A stretch of DNA of 64,000 nucleotides from Chloroflexota bacterium. GTDB taxonomy: Bacteria > Chloroflexota > UBA6077 > FW602-bin22 > JACPRP01. Below the pieces are notes generated by a model, which had not been told where the DNA came from, did not search any database, and worked only from the letters and a program-made list of their open reading frames with translations. The first letter of the stretch is position 1. Each line of letters begins with the position of its first letter. The translations under genes and the position numbers were made by a program. The DNA lies in the NCBI GenBank assembly GCA_016189905.1, contig JACPRP010000014.1, positions 27,302 to 91,301 on the forward strand, given 5' to 3'. Below, in pieces: positions 27,015 to 36,428 of the stretch.

Positions 27015-27217
27015 AAGAATGTCGGCAGTCTGTCGGCAACCTTTGGAGGGGACAAATCACCGCATGTCTTTGTCAATCCGGTATGGCCCACTTTGATAAT
27101 CGGGAATGGCCCACCCCCTGGGGGTATCTTAACCTAACACTAGGTCAAGTGGTCTACCGTCTGGCCGGGATTTAGCTGGCTCTGTTGATCTGGCTCTGGT
27201 ATGCTCGGTAGGTCGGC

Positions 27218-27991
27218 TCACTCCTTTCCCTTCCTCCTCTGTAAGGTCCGTCGGAAGCGATATGATTCGGTGCCAGTTTCGATGATGTGCGCCCGATCCG
27301 TGATGCGATCCAAGAGGGCTTTGCACAGCCGGGCATTCGGGATCACCTGGGTCCATTCCGAGAATGGCAGATTGGTCGTCAGGATTATGGCCGCCTTTTC
27401 GGACCGGTCAGCGATCACCTGAAAGAGTAACTCCGCCCCTACATCCGCGAGGGGTACATAGCCAACCTCGTCGATGGCGATGAGCTCGTACCGCTCCCAG
27501 CGGGCCAACACACGGCGCAACTGTGACTGTGCCTTGGCCTCAACCAACTCGTTGACCAAACCCGCCGCCGTGGTAAAGCGTACTCGCCGTTTCTGGCGGC
27601 AGGCCGCTACGCACAGCCCTGTCAACAGATGCGTCTTACCAGTGCCACACTCCCCGATGAATACCACTGGCTCGGCTCGTTCGATGTATCCTCCCTCGGC
27701 TAGTTCCCGTATCCTGGTTGCTGAGATCACCGACGCCTGGTGGAAATCAAACTCCTCTAGCGTCTTGATCTTCGGCAGATGCGCCTCCTGGATTCGCCGC
27801 ATAATCGTTTTCTGCTCCCGCTCGTCTAGCTCAGCCGTAAGCAACGCATCGAGATAATCAAGGTATCCCTGGTGCTCGCGCTCGGCCTGTTCCGCCAGCC
27901 GAGCGCACCCGCCACCAACCGTCGGCAGATGAAGCAGCTTGCAGTGTTGTTTGATGGCGTTTTCTTGCAGTGAAACTCGCCCCTCGCTCAT
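27218..27991 (-). CDS. istB: IS21-family helper ATPase IstB
   Basis: Walker [11 protein letters not shown], Walker [10 protein letters not shown], typical length of 257 aa. Overlaps the istA stop by 4 nt. Confidence 0.9.
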   Translation of the reverse strand: MSEGRVSLQENAIKQHCKLLHLPTVGGGCARLAEQAEREHQGYLDYLDALLTAELDEREQKTIMRRIQEAHLPKIKTLEEFDFHQASVISATRIRELAEGGYIERAEPVVFIGECGTGKTHLLTGLCVAACRQKRRVRFTTAAGLVNELVEAKAQSQLRRVLARWERYELIAIDEVGYVPLADVGAELLFQVIADRSEKAAIILTTNLPFSEWTQVIPNARLCKALLDRITDRAHIIETGTESYRFRRTLQRRKGKE

Positions 27992-29565
27992 CTTGCCTTC
28001 CCCCCGACCAGGAGCTGATCGTAATCACTAACCAGCGGTAACGGACGCTCATAGACCGCTAAGTCGCCAACGGCTATGGGTGGGGCAGAGGCGCGTTCGA
28101 GCTGGTGGGCCGTTAGCAGATAGCGCACCGTGGAGCTGTCCCCACAGCCAAGGGCCAGCGCTCCTTCTATGGCCACACGTAGCTTATCCTGACCATTGGT
28201 ACGACCCAACTGCAGCAACTCGATCAACTCCTTTGTTCCCTTCTGACGACCGTACCTGTCGATGAGACCTTGCCAGAACCTATCGTAGCTGGCTGGCCAA
28301 CGCCCAAGTTGGCGCCACTGGGCCAGGGGTTTGCTGCCGATTAGTGCCCCTGGTTTATGCTCCAAGACGTCGAGGTAGTGTTCTAACTCCAACCTTTCCT
28401 GATGGCGGCCATAGCAGCGCTCGTGCGTCGCTACCAGGCTTCCTTCGTGCCAGACTTCCACCGCCGTCGGCGTGATCTTCGCCTGCACGGTTGTGCCAGC
28501 CGCGACAGGGGTCGAGTAGGAGTTCGTCTTAACCTTGACGCAGCCAAGACTATTGACCGTGGGGAAACTCACCTCCACGATCTCGAAGTCCTCGCTGGCG
28601 GGCGGCAACAGATACGCCCGCTCGAGCAGCATCGCGTTACCCACTGTCTGATCGTGGCCGGCTATCACGCGCCGCTCGTCGTCGTGACAGGCTTTCAGGA
28701 GTTGGGCATTGAGATCGGCCAGGTCGTTTGCTTTGGGAACTGGTACCCAGTGGTTGCGACGGAATCTACCCACCTCGTTTTCCACTCCGCCTTTCTCGTG
28801 TGGCTCGCCCGGGTTACAGAACTCGGACTGAAACTTCCAGTGAGAGCGAAAGGCGATGAAACGGGCAGTCTCTTCTCGTTGGAAGCCTCGTAGGATACGC
28901 TTTACCGCCTCCGGCAGGTTATCGTAGCGGAGCCGATAGAAGACACCCCCGAAATGATGAAAGGCTAACTGGTGAGCTTCCAGGAAGGCCTGCTGCGTAG
29001 GCCGATGATAGGCGCGATGGAAAGCACCACCACTGGCCATGCTACGGAAGACGAAAACGTACAACTTGACCCGTTCGTCGCCGAGATCGGCCTCGGCTTC
29101 GTACCAGTCAATTTGTGCTTCCTGGCCCCAAGCGTGGCTCTGGGGCACGAATGTCTCACGCGCCAAAAGACCCAGGGCGCGCTTTCGCTCCCGGACATAC
29201 TGGCGCACTGTCGATTCCGCTACGTGAACGTCTTTGCACTCCTCGCCTATCCGAACGTATATCCGGTGTGCCGTGTGCCTTTGCTTGCGCGGCGCCTTCC
29301 GATCGCCCTCAAGGATAGCGTCGATGAAGTCCACTGCTGGCCCCAACACGGGACGAGGACGCACTACCGCTTGTTTTTCCTTCGGTACTGCGCTGTCAAT
29401 CGCCTCCCGCACCATACGCCGATGAATGCCAAACTTGCGAGAAACGCCTTGAATTGTCCCCACCCCAAACTCGTATTCTCGTCTGATCGCTTCGAATAGC
29501 TCCACGTTCGCTCTTCTCCTTCGCATCGGTCCCCCATTGTGCTTTGCTGACACAAAGGGTACCAC
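27988..29565 (-). CDS. istA: IS21-family transposase IstA
   Basis: 525 aa with an N-terminal HTH and a DDE core (…[12 protein letters not shown]…, …RYDNLPEAV…, …[12 protein letters not shown]…). Paired with istB. Confidence 0.9.
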   Translation of the reverse strand: MVPFVSAKHNGGPMRRRRANVELFEAIRREYEFGVGTIQGVSRKFGIHRRMVREAIDSAVPKEKQAVVRPRPVLGPAVDFIDAILEGDRKAPRKQRHTAHRIYVRIGEECKDVHVAESTVRQYVRERKRALGLLARETFVPQSHAWGQEAQIDWYEAEADLGDERVKLYVFVFRSMASGGAFHRAYHRPTQQAFLEAHQLAFHHFGGVFYRLRYDNLPEAVKRILRGFQREETARFIAFRSHWKFQSEFCNPGEPHEKGGVENEVGRFRRNHWVPVPKANDLADLNAQLLKACHDDERRVIAGHDQTVGNAMLLERAYLLPPASEDFEIVEVSFPTVNSLGCVKVKTNSYSTPVAAGTTVQAKITPTAVEVWHEGSLVATHERCYGRHQERLELEHYLDVLEHKPGALIGSKPLAQWRQLGRWPASYDRFWQGLIDRYGRQKGTKELIELLQLGRTNGQDKLRVAIEGALALGCGDSSTVRYLLTAHQLERASAPPIAVGDLAVYERPLPLVSDYDQLLVGGKAR

Positions 29566-29748
29566 TTTTCTTCATCGAAGGTGGGCCATTCCCGGCCATC
29601 GAAGTGGGCCAAAGTAGAGTATCAAAAACATACTGGCGGGCTATCGAACACTTGGCAACGTGGGAGACCAGGAATATAATGTTTGAGCCATCTGATCGTG
29701 GATTGGACCTGCAAGGTGATCGAAAGGCACTTCGAGCTTCGGTATGTC

Positions 29749-30231
29749 TCAGTCGATTTCGAGCACCGCAAATTGCCTAACGCCGGCAGGTACTTCGACC
29801 TCTACAGAATCGCCAATCTTCTTGCCCAATAGAGCGCTGCCAACTGGTGACTGGTTCGAGATTCGCCCTGCCCTGGCATCTGCTTCCGCGGAGCCCACGA
29901 TGGTGAAAACCTCTTCTTCGCTATCTTCATTCCGAACACGAACGCGCGAACCCACTCGCACAGCCTCTGGCTTAGCGCTTCCCGCCAGCTCCTCGATGAT
30001 CGATGCCTCAGACAGCGTCTTCTCGATTGTGCGGATCCGACCCTCGACAAAGGCCTGGGCGTTCTTGGCCTCCAGGTATTCGGGGCTATCCCATCCATCG
30101 CTTAACTGTCGCGCCAGGTGAAGCTGCTCTGCGACCTCCTTACGGCGTACGTTTCGCAAGGACTCCAGTTCCTTCAGCAGTTTCTGCCTCCCCTCGTGAG
30201 TCATCAACCTCGAGTCCTGCAAGGTTATCAC
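29749..30231 (-). CDS. greA: Transcription elongation factor GreA
   Basis: N-terminal coiled-coil (GRQKLLKELESLRNVRRKEVAEQL…AKNAQAFVEGRIRTIEKTL) and a C-terminal FKBP-like domain (GRISNQSPVGSALLGKKIGDSVEVEVPAG). Start may be GTG 30231 or ATG 30204. Confidence 0.9.
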   Translation of the reverse strand: MITLQDSRLMTHEGRQKLLKELESLRNVRRKEVAEQLHLARQLSDGWDSPEYLEAKNAQAFVEGRIRTIEKTLSEASIIEELAGSAKPEAVRVGSRVRVRNEDSEEEVFTIVGSAEADARAGRISNQSPVGSALLGKKIGDSVEVEVPAGVRQFAVLEID

Positions 30232-30601
30232 CCCCTACTTAGCGCTCTCGATTTCCAGATCTGCACAAACGATCGCCGATAACAAACAAGACCAGCGGCT
30301 AAACCTCTGGTCCCGAAAAACCCCGACAACCGCCAAACACCCGCTGCAAGTGGATTCACAGCTACCTAAGTTCGACCTGATTGAGGGTATCAACACTATT
30401 CACGAAAACTAGCTTCTCTGGAAAAGCATAACAGATAGGCGTGCGAACTGTCAAGCCTCATTGGCGGCGGTTCTTATTGCCAGTCTCCCCCAAAGAGAAA
30501 TGGCAAGAGGATGCCGCCTCTTTCCCGACAGCGCTCCATCTGATCCTCACGACTAGACGATCAGAAAGGGCACAGAAGCGGCATCCCCCGGGTTAATCAC
30601 A

Positions 30602-30928
30602 TTAGGACTTCTCGGTATGCTTCCTAGCGCGACCGCCCTTCTTGCCAATCCTCGAGTAGTACTCTTGACCGTGTCGCTCTTTGACGGTCTCACCGCCTCG
30701 GCGACCGATCTCGGCGTAGAACTCGCGACCGTGCTTGGCCTTCAGGGCTTCCCCACCCTTCTTGCCAATCTCGGCGTAGAACTCGCGTCCCCGCTGCTCG
30801 GCCACGGTTTCGCCACCCTTCTTCCCGATCTTCGAGTAGAACTCGGGGCCGTACCGCTCTTTGACAGTCTCGCCGCCTTTTCTACCGGCCTCGCGGACCG
30901 TCATCTCCTTCTTCTCATCAGGAGCCAT
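30602..30928 (-). CDS. KGG-repeat general-stress protein (YciG/GsiB-like)
   Basis: At least four tandem 20-aa units: (K/R)(K/R)GGE(T/A)V…(H/Y)G.E(F/Y)Y..IG. They are mirrored by a 60-nt periodicity in the DNA. Confidence 0.8.
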   Translation of the reverse strand: MAPDEKKEMTVREAGRKGGETVKERYGPEFYSKIGKKGGETVAEQRGREFYAEIGKKGGEALKAKHGREFYAEIGRRGGETVKERHGQEYYSRIGKKGGRARKHTEKS

Positions 30929-31153
30929 CTTCCTCCACCCCCTTCCCAGTTTGGAATGGGAAGTTAGTTATGATAGATAGGTGCTCGTTTTGCCCCTATC
31001 TTCACCATTCGCATCCGAAACCAGTCTTCCTGCCTGCTCTATCTCTCAGCGCTCTACTTTGTCCACAGGGTCACTGGAAACGGAGCGTCCGCTTCTCTGT
31101 CCTTAGTGTAGCACAAAGCGGTGGTTATGTCAACAAGTCTACTCGCCTTCGTA

Positions 31154-31182
31154 TTGACAGTGCCAACGTTGCGGTATACTAT
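31154..31182 (+). promoter_or_regulatory. Putative promoter: TTGACA - 17 nt - TACTAT (or 15 nt - TATACT)
   Basis: Read directly, about 70 nt upstream of the MEMO-like gene. Confidence 0.45.
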
Positions 31183-31250
31183 ATACGCACGGGCAACAGC
31201 GCAGCCCATCTCCTGTCGTTCCGCTCTGAGTTCTATCTATCATTCTTTGC

Positions 31251-32147
31251 GTGCTATGCACAAGGCGGTGGCCGTTGACGAACCGGTCGGTTAGAAGACC
31301 AGCAGTAGCTGGCGCGTTTTACGCCAACTCAGAGTCAAAGCTTCGCGCACAAGTCGAATGGTGCTTCAGACATCCTTTCGGACCAGGCGCGTTGCCCATT
31401 CTCGGCAACGATCTCGGCAACGATGTCGATAGTCCACGTAAGCTGCGGGCACTGGTCAATCCTCACGCCGGATACCTGTACTCAGGGCCAGTCGCGGCCC
31501 ACGGGTTTCAAGAGGCGGCGCGGGATGGCAAGCCAGATGTGGTCGTGATCGTTGGCCCAAACCACCGAGGCATCGGGGCTCCGATTGCCATCGGGCGATC
31601 TGATGCTTGGCAGACGCCGCTCGGCGAGGTGGCGCTCGACGTCGAGCTGGGCACGCACATCATGGGTGCGACGCCCGGCGCCCAGTTTGACGATCTTGCC
31701 CACAAGATGGAGCATTCTGTCGAGCTCCAGTTACCGTTTCTCCAGTATCTGTTCGGCGACGCGTTCCGCATCGTTCCCGTCGTTGTCCTGACGCAGAATC
31801 TAGTGGCCTGCGCTGCGCTTGGGCACGCCATAGCTTCCGCGGCGTCTGGAAGGAACGTTCTCATCATTGCCACCACTGATTTCACCCACTATGAGACCAA
31901 CGACATCGCTGCCTACAAAGACCACATCGCCCTCGAGTGTATACTACACATGCAGGGCCAGCGGCTTTTCGAGGCCATTTGCGACCACTCCATCTCGATG
32001 TGCGGACCTGGACCAGTCGCGGCCGCGATCGCGGCGTGCGAACAAATGGGTGCGACCGGCGGGACATTGCTGCGGTATGCGACTTCCGGCGACGTAACTG
32101 ACAGTGTTGGCCCTGTGGTGGGCTACGCCTCCGTGAAGCTCGAATGA
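31251..32147 (+). CDS. MEMO1-family protein (AmmeMemoRadiSam system protein B-like)
   Basis: AVAGAFY, NPHAGYLYSG, MEHSVELQLPFLQY, TDFTHY, SMCGPGP: the conserved Memo blocks. Start uncertain (GTG 31251 or TTG 31275). Confidence 0.8.
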   Translation: MLCTRRWPLTNRSVRRPAVAGAFYANSESKLRAQVEWCFRHPFGPGALPILGNDLGNDVDSPRKLRALVNPHAGYLYSGPVAAHGFQEAARDGKPDVVVIVGPNHRGIGAPIAIGRSDAWQTPLGEVALDVELGTHIMGATPGAQFDDLAHKMEHSVELQLPFLQYLFGDAFRIVPVVVLTQNLVACAALGHAIASAASGRNVLIIATTDFTHYETNDIAAYKDHIALECILHMQGQRLFEAICDHSISMCGPGPVAAAIAACEQMGATGGTLLRYATSGDVTDSVGPVVGYASVKLE

Positions 32148-32171
32148 AAGCGGACTTCTGGGGAAACTGCT

Positions 32172-32801
32172 CTACCTGTTATTGTAGCGACTCTCTGACT
32201 GCTCAACCTCCTGCCTGGAGCAGGCCAGCTCGATGGCATCGCGGTCGGCGCTCTTGATCCAGGTGACCGGGACGGTGACGTCTTTGGTCAGCAAAGTACC
32301 CTTACGTACGATGAACGCGGTGACACGTCCGGTCTCAGAATCGACAACCACCTCGTCCACTATGCCGATCTTACCATCAACGCATCGCACGTCAGTTCCC
32401 TCGGTGATGTCGACCGCTTCCTCAGGGATGTGGCGCTCTTCGTGCATTATTACTGGAGCATACACGTACGCGAGTGGCCAGAGAACGCTGCCAGGCACAT
32501 AGGGGCCGATTGGGGCCGCCTGGGGAGGCGCCATGTACTCTTCTTCAGAGAAGTCAGGCATGCTTTCGATCTCGGCAACCGTGACCCCTAGAATGACGTG
32601 TCGCTTGGTCGTGCGGTCTATCGCTTCGACTGGCACCACGATATCTCTCGTCAGGACACGTCCTTTATGAATGACAATGTGAGTGACTTCTAGGCTGCGC
32701 GGCACCATAACCACTCGGTCAATCTTGCCGACGTGGTGTCCGTCTTTCGTGATTACCTCCGACTCGATGTCGATGCGCAAGCCGCCTTGTCTGCCTCGCA
32801 C
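32172..32801 (-). CDS. PRC-barrel domain protein (two repeats)
   Basis: VITKDGHHVGKIDRVVMVPRSLEVTHIVIHKG and VRCVDGKIGIVDEVVVDSETGRVTAFIVRKG. Similar architecture to 21067-21765. Confidence 0.7.
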   Translation of the reverse strand: MRGRQGGLRIDIESEVITKDGHHVGKIDRVVMVPRSLEVTHIVIHKGRVLTRDIVVPVEAIDRTTKRHVILGVTVAEIESMPDFSEEEYMAPPQAAPIGPYVPGSVLWPLAYVYAPVIMHEERHIPEEAVDITEGTDVRCVDGKIGIVDEVVVDSETGRVTAFIVRKGTLLTKDVTVPVTWIKSADRDAIELACSRQEVEQSESRYNNR

Positions 32802-32825
32802 AGCTACCCCTGCTATTTCTGCCCA

Positions 32826-33041
32826 TCAGTAAGCGACGAGATCTCGAACCTTGCCGAGATGATAGTCATCTAGCCCAAACTCTCTCAGACGCTCCAGATT
32901 CCCTGTGCGCAGCGCTTCCAATTCGTCTTCGCTCAACGTGTACCGCTGCAACACTTCTTGCGGCCATTCCAATAGCTCGATCCAGATATTGGAGTTACTA
33001 GCAGCGTCGTCGATAATCCTGTTCAACTCGAGGAGGCTCAT
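32826..33041 (-). CDS. Small helical hypothetical protein (71 aa); weak resemblance to LigA-subunit-type domains
   Basis: ATG at 33041 lies 7 nt after AAGGGAG. The segment …YTLSEDELEALRTGNLERLREFG…Y.L.K is reminiscent of LigA-like small subunits. The functional call is weak. Confidence 0.35.
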   Translation of the reverse strand: MSLLELNRIIDDAASNSNIWIELLEWPQEVLQRYTLSEDELEALRTGNLERLREFGLDDYHLGKVRDLVAY

Positions 33042-33138
33042 AATCAGACTCCCTTTCATCTGAGGCTTATTGATCGTGGCAACCTCCGTTTGCGCCACCA
33101 CCGGCTGCATCCGCAATTCCTGTACCATTCACAGCCGT

Positions 33139-33816
33139 TTAATGCCTGAGCCTCTTCATTCGAGCCCTCGCCAGAAAGTTCCTCACCTCTTCGTCGCTGG
33201 TCTGCTCGAAGTGCCTGTACCAGGCGCCCACCGCGAAGAATGGCTCGGGGGTCTCAAGGCAGATGACTTCGTCCGCCTCATCCCTTATCTGCTCCAGCAC
33301 GTCTGGCGGCGCAACGGGCACTCCAACGACGACTTTCTTCGGCTGCTCGGCCTTAATGGCGAGAATCGAAGCTCTGATCGTAAAACCGGTGGCTATCCCG
33401 TCGTCGACGATAATGGCGATCCTATCCCTCACACTCGGCAGTCTCCTTCCCCCCCGATACAATTGCACTCGCCTCTCGATCTCCTCCCTTTGTTTGCGAA
33501 TCTCCTCGTCTATATACTGCTGCGAGATACCGTACAAACGAATTTCTTCCTGGTTCAGTTGGACATCGCCTGTTTCGGCGACGGCACCGATGGCGTACTC
33601 AGGATTGCCCGGCGCGCCAACTTTTCTGGTTATGATAACGTCCAGCGGCAGATCAAGCCTCATCGCCACCTCGTAGCCGATGACCACCCCGCCTCTGGGC
33701 AAGGCCAGAACGATCGCGTTTTTCCCCCGATAAATCTCCAGTGCTTGCGCCAGTTTCTTACCCGCGTCGTACCTGTCCTCGAACAGCATGTCCCCGATCT
33801 CTCGTGCTTCCACCAC
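33139..33816 (-). CDS. Phosphoribosyltransferase-family protein
   Basis: PRPP-binding loop IAIIVDDGIATGFT and N-terminal VLALPRGGVVIGYEVA. 225 aa. Confidence 0.8.
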   Translation of the reverse strand: MVEAREIGDMLFEDRYDAGKKLAQALEIYRGKNAIVLALPRGGVVIGYEVAMRLDLPLDVIITRKVGAPGNPEYAIGAVAETGDVQLNQEEIRLYGISQQYIDEEIRKQREEIERRVQLYRGGRRLPSVRDRIAIIVDDGIATGFTIRASILAIKAEQPKKVVVGVPVAPPDVLEQIRDEADEVICLETPEPFFAVGAWYRHFEQTSDEEVRNFLARARMKRLRH

Positions 33817-33883
33817 AGCTTAACACCATCCTAATGTTTGATCGATCTGCCGGACAGTGGCCGCAGAAAATGTGCCAGTAACT

Positions 33884-34975
33884 TCAGTGCAAGCCGTCTT
33901 TCCCGGGGTCGTCGACACCGCGCTGCAATAGCGTTCCTAGCTCTCCTATTACGATGTCTACCGAGATATCTTCGACGCAAGATCGCACATCAGGAAAAAC
34001 ACAAACGCCGCTTTGCCAGCAGCTTTGCTCGACGAGATTGAGGGGCCGCCGCTCGGCGCAGACCCGCGATGATCGCAGGTTAATGCTAGGGCTCCGCAAT
34101 CGTAAGCGATCGGCCCAGGTAGGTCCGAACATCACGATAGCGGGGGGGCCTGCCGCGGCGGCGATTCGCGCCGCGACGGTGTCGGCCGATACGAAAATGG
34201 CGGACTGGGCAACAAGAGCCACAAACTTCCTCAAGGCTATCTTTGGCAGCGTCATAGCATCTCCCCCAATGTGGAGTGCAATCTCTTCTGTCTGGCGAAT
34301 GTCTTCACGCGCTGCCACGATGACGCTGAGCCCAGCTTCCTTGGTAAGCCATTTGCCCAGTTCGACGAATCGTTCTGACGGCCACACGTTGATGGCCATC
34401 TCCGCTTCCGGATAAAGTATTACAATATCGCCGCGCTTTGGCAAATTATTTCGTAGCCAGACCTTCGCCCATTGCTGCTCGTCATCCGAGAGCGCTATAC
34501 GCCCCGGCAAGTCGTGGAAACTGGGATCGACCAGTCCCTCGCCTACGAGGGTCGACACAAATATCTGCTCGACACGTTGGTTCTCAGCCTGACCATTAGC
34601 CAAGGAACTCCCTCCCGAAAGGCGCCACAGGCTCGATATCTTTCGCTTCACGTTGCTGTTCTCGACGATCCGGTCGATCCCGCCACGCCGCGTATCGGAC
34701 ACAACGACGTCGAAAACCTCGTTCTCCAGCACTTGGCGCAAGTAGTCAGCCTGCGTGCTATAGTCCCCTGGCATCCCCTCTGACGGTGCTACCAGCACCC
34801 GTGACACCAGCGAGTCTTTCTCCAGCAACTCGGCATTTGAAGCGAATGTTAGGACGGTCAGACGCGTATCGCCGTGTGAGTTGGCAATTGCGTGGATTGC
34901 TGGCAGCGCAAGCAGCATTTCGTCTACGCCGCCAAGCAGCTCCACAAACAGGATGTTCTGGATAGCTTCGGACAC
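33884..34975 (-). CDS. Glycosyltransferase family 9-like (heptosyltransferase fold) protein
   Basis: N-terminal ILFVELLGGVDEMLLALPAIHAI… and a C-terminal …FVSADTVAARIAAAAG.P.IVMFGPT pattern typical of GT9. Specificity unknown. Confidence 0.55.
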   Translation of the reverse strand: MSEAIQNILFVELLGGVDEMLLALPAIHAIANSHGDTRLTVLTFASNAELLEKDSLVSRVLVAPSEGMPGDYSTQADYLRQVLENEVFDVVVSDTRRGGIDRIVENSNVKRKISSLWRLSGGSSLANGQAENQRVEQIFVSTLVGEGLVDPSFHDLPGRIALSDDEQQWAKVWLRNNLPKRGDIVILYPEAEMAINVWPSERFVELGKWLTKEAGLSVIVAAREDIRQTEEIALHIGGDAMTLPKIALRKFVALVAQSAIFVSADTVAARIAAAAGPPAIVMFGPTWADRLRLRSPSINLRSSRVCAERRPLNLVEQSCWQSGVCVFPDVRSCVEDISVDIVIGELGTLLQRGVDDPGKDGLH

Positions 34976-35149
34976 AGGCGTGGCCCCCTCAGGGAGTTCG
35001 CAATTCCATTTTACTACCGAATCCGTTAGCAGGCAAGCACCCGTTAAGCAAGGGGAAGGTCGCCAGATCGGGACCCCGAAGGAGGGGAGGAAGCTGTCTC
35101 ATTATCAAGATCAAGCATAACCTGAAGCCTAACCCGAGGCATAACCTGA

Positions 35150-35533
35150 TCAGGGCTGCACCCGTTGCCAGGGCATTTCGTCGAAAACCGATCCGATGCA
35201 CTCGAGGAGATGATCGAGGTCAAAGGGCTTTGCCAGGTAGCCGTAAGCGCCGATCTCGGTGCTTGTCTTTCTTGCGTCGACGCTGGCGCTCATCACGATT
35301 ATCGCCATGTCGTGTTCTCCGACACCGCGTACCTGCCGGCTGAACTCCCAGCCGCCCATCACTGGCATCACCATGTCCAGTAGAACAACCTGAGGCTGGT
35401 GCTGCCGAACCATTTCCAGGGCCTCTTTACCGTTCCTGGCGGCAACCGTCGAATAGCCCTCAGATTCCAAAAGCAACTTAACAAACCCAACGATGTTGGG
35501 GTCGTCGTCTACTATCAATACTTTCCCGGCCAT
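35150..35533 (-). CDS. Single-domain response regulator (CheY-like receiver)
   Basis: KVLIVDDDP…, VLLDMVMPVMGG, …SA…, YLAKPF. ATG at 35533 follows GGGAGGGG. Confidence 0.8.
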   Translation of the reverse strand: MAGKVLIVDDDPNIVGFVKLLLESEGYSTVAARNGKEALEMVRQHQPQVVLLDMVMPVMGGWEFSRQVRGVGEHDMAIIVMSASVDARKTSTEIGAYGYLAKPFDLDHLLECIGSVFDEMPWQRVQP

Positions 35534-35734
35534 GTCCACCCCTCCCGTCTTCGCTAATTCGTGCCTGTCACGCCAACGCACTCAAGCGACCGTCACCTGA
35601 CAGGTCGAACACGACAAAGTTCTCCTGCGGGACAGAAAAGCCACAACTGGAAACTTCTTGGGTCATTTCGACGATCTGTCAGGGGTACGGTCAAGACTAT
35701 CCAATAACAGGATACCACTGGAGCGCCATTTTGT

Positions 35735-36112
35735 CTAGGGGCTGAGAGGCCCAATAAATCGCCGTGTTTTTTTTAGCACTTCGTCGATATCGAACGGCTT
35801 GAGCAGGATATCACAACCGCGGCGCTTCAATTCGGGCTCGGCGGCGCTGAGCTCCTCTGCCGCGGCTGACGTCACTATCACCTTTATGTTTTGCGTCTCA
35901 GGTTTGGTCTTCATTTGGTCCAGGATTTGCCAACCGGATGCTCCAGTCATTCTGATATCGAGATACACCAGGTCCGGCTTCCAATTCTTGATGAACTCGA
36001 ACGCCCTGGAGCCATCACTACACGTTTCGACCACGTATCCTTGCTCTTCAAGCAGCATCCGCATGAGCGCCAGGAAATCCTGATTATCATCTACGATGGC
36101 AATGCGATTCAA
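35735..36112 (-). CDS. Single-domain response regulator (receiver)
   Basis: RIAIVDDNQ…, LVYLDIRMTGASG, VIVTSAA, ILLKPF. The TTG start at 36112 (9 nt after AGGAAGG) is inferred; the longer track ORF start is unlikely. Confidence 0.7.
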   Translation of the reverse strand: MNRIAIVDDNQDFLALMRMLLEEQGYVVETCSDGSRAFEFIKNWKPDLVYLDIRMTGASGWQILDQMKTKPETQNIKVIVTSAAAEELSAAEPELKRRGCDILLKPFDIDEVLKKTRRFIGPLSP

Positions 36113-36188
36113 GACATTCTGCCTTCCTCTCACAGCTAACGTGAGACCTTTCGCAAGAGTTGTGCCACACTTGCTGTGCCATACTTGC

Positions 36189-36217
36189 TTGACAATAGGA
36201 CAGCCATAGCATATACT
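36189..36217 (+). promoter_or_regulatory. Strong sigma70-type promoter: TTGACA - 17 nt - TATACT
   Basis: Read directly. It precedes a roughly 205-nt hairpin-rich leader before the UbiD-family gene. Confidence 0.6.
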
Positions 36218-36428
36218 CGCGCCGGAAAGAGTGGCAGACCCTCTGCCCGTTTCATGCCAACGCTCTGGACTTTTGCCCACGACCTACTTCTTTTCGTTCG
36301 AAACTTCGGTATTCGAGGTGGCATTAGGCCAGGATCTGATGCACAATCCTGGCAGCTTCACTCAGGTGGAAAGTCAGTGGGGCCAGATCAGCCCCAAAGA
36401 GATCTACGCTAGTGATGGAGGTTACGTA

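Larger units (their letters stand above)
27062..29633 (-). mobile_element. IS21-family insertion sequence (istA-istB) with multi-repeat termini
   Basis: Ends are G(c/t)ATGT(c/t)TTTG… and inverted. Subterminal repeats TGGCCCACTT.GAT…CGGGAATGGCCCACC occur at both ends in inverted orientation. Length is about 2.57 kb. No clean target-site duplication was found. Confidence 0.85.

Noticed and set aside
27055-27070. Target-site duplication for the IS21-family element.
   Set aside because: The flanks (…AATCACC | … | TGGCGGG…) do not match at any plausible boundary offset. The exact termini therefore remain approximate, or the element inserted by or was followed by a rearrangement.
36254-36412. Possible leader peptide ORF (MPTLWTFAHDLLLF…) in the UbiD-1 leader.
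   Set aside because: It has no SD and an unremarkable composition, and it runs across the predicted hairpins. It is more likely non-coding.
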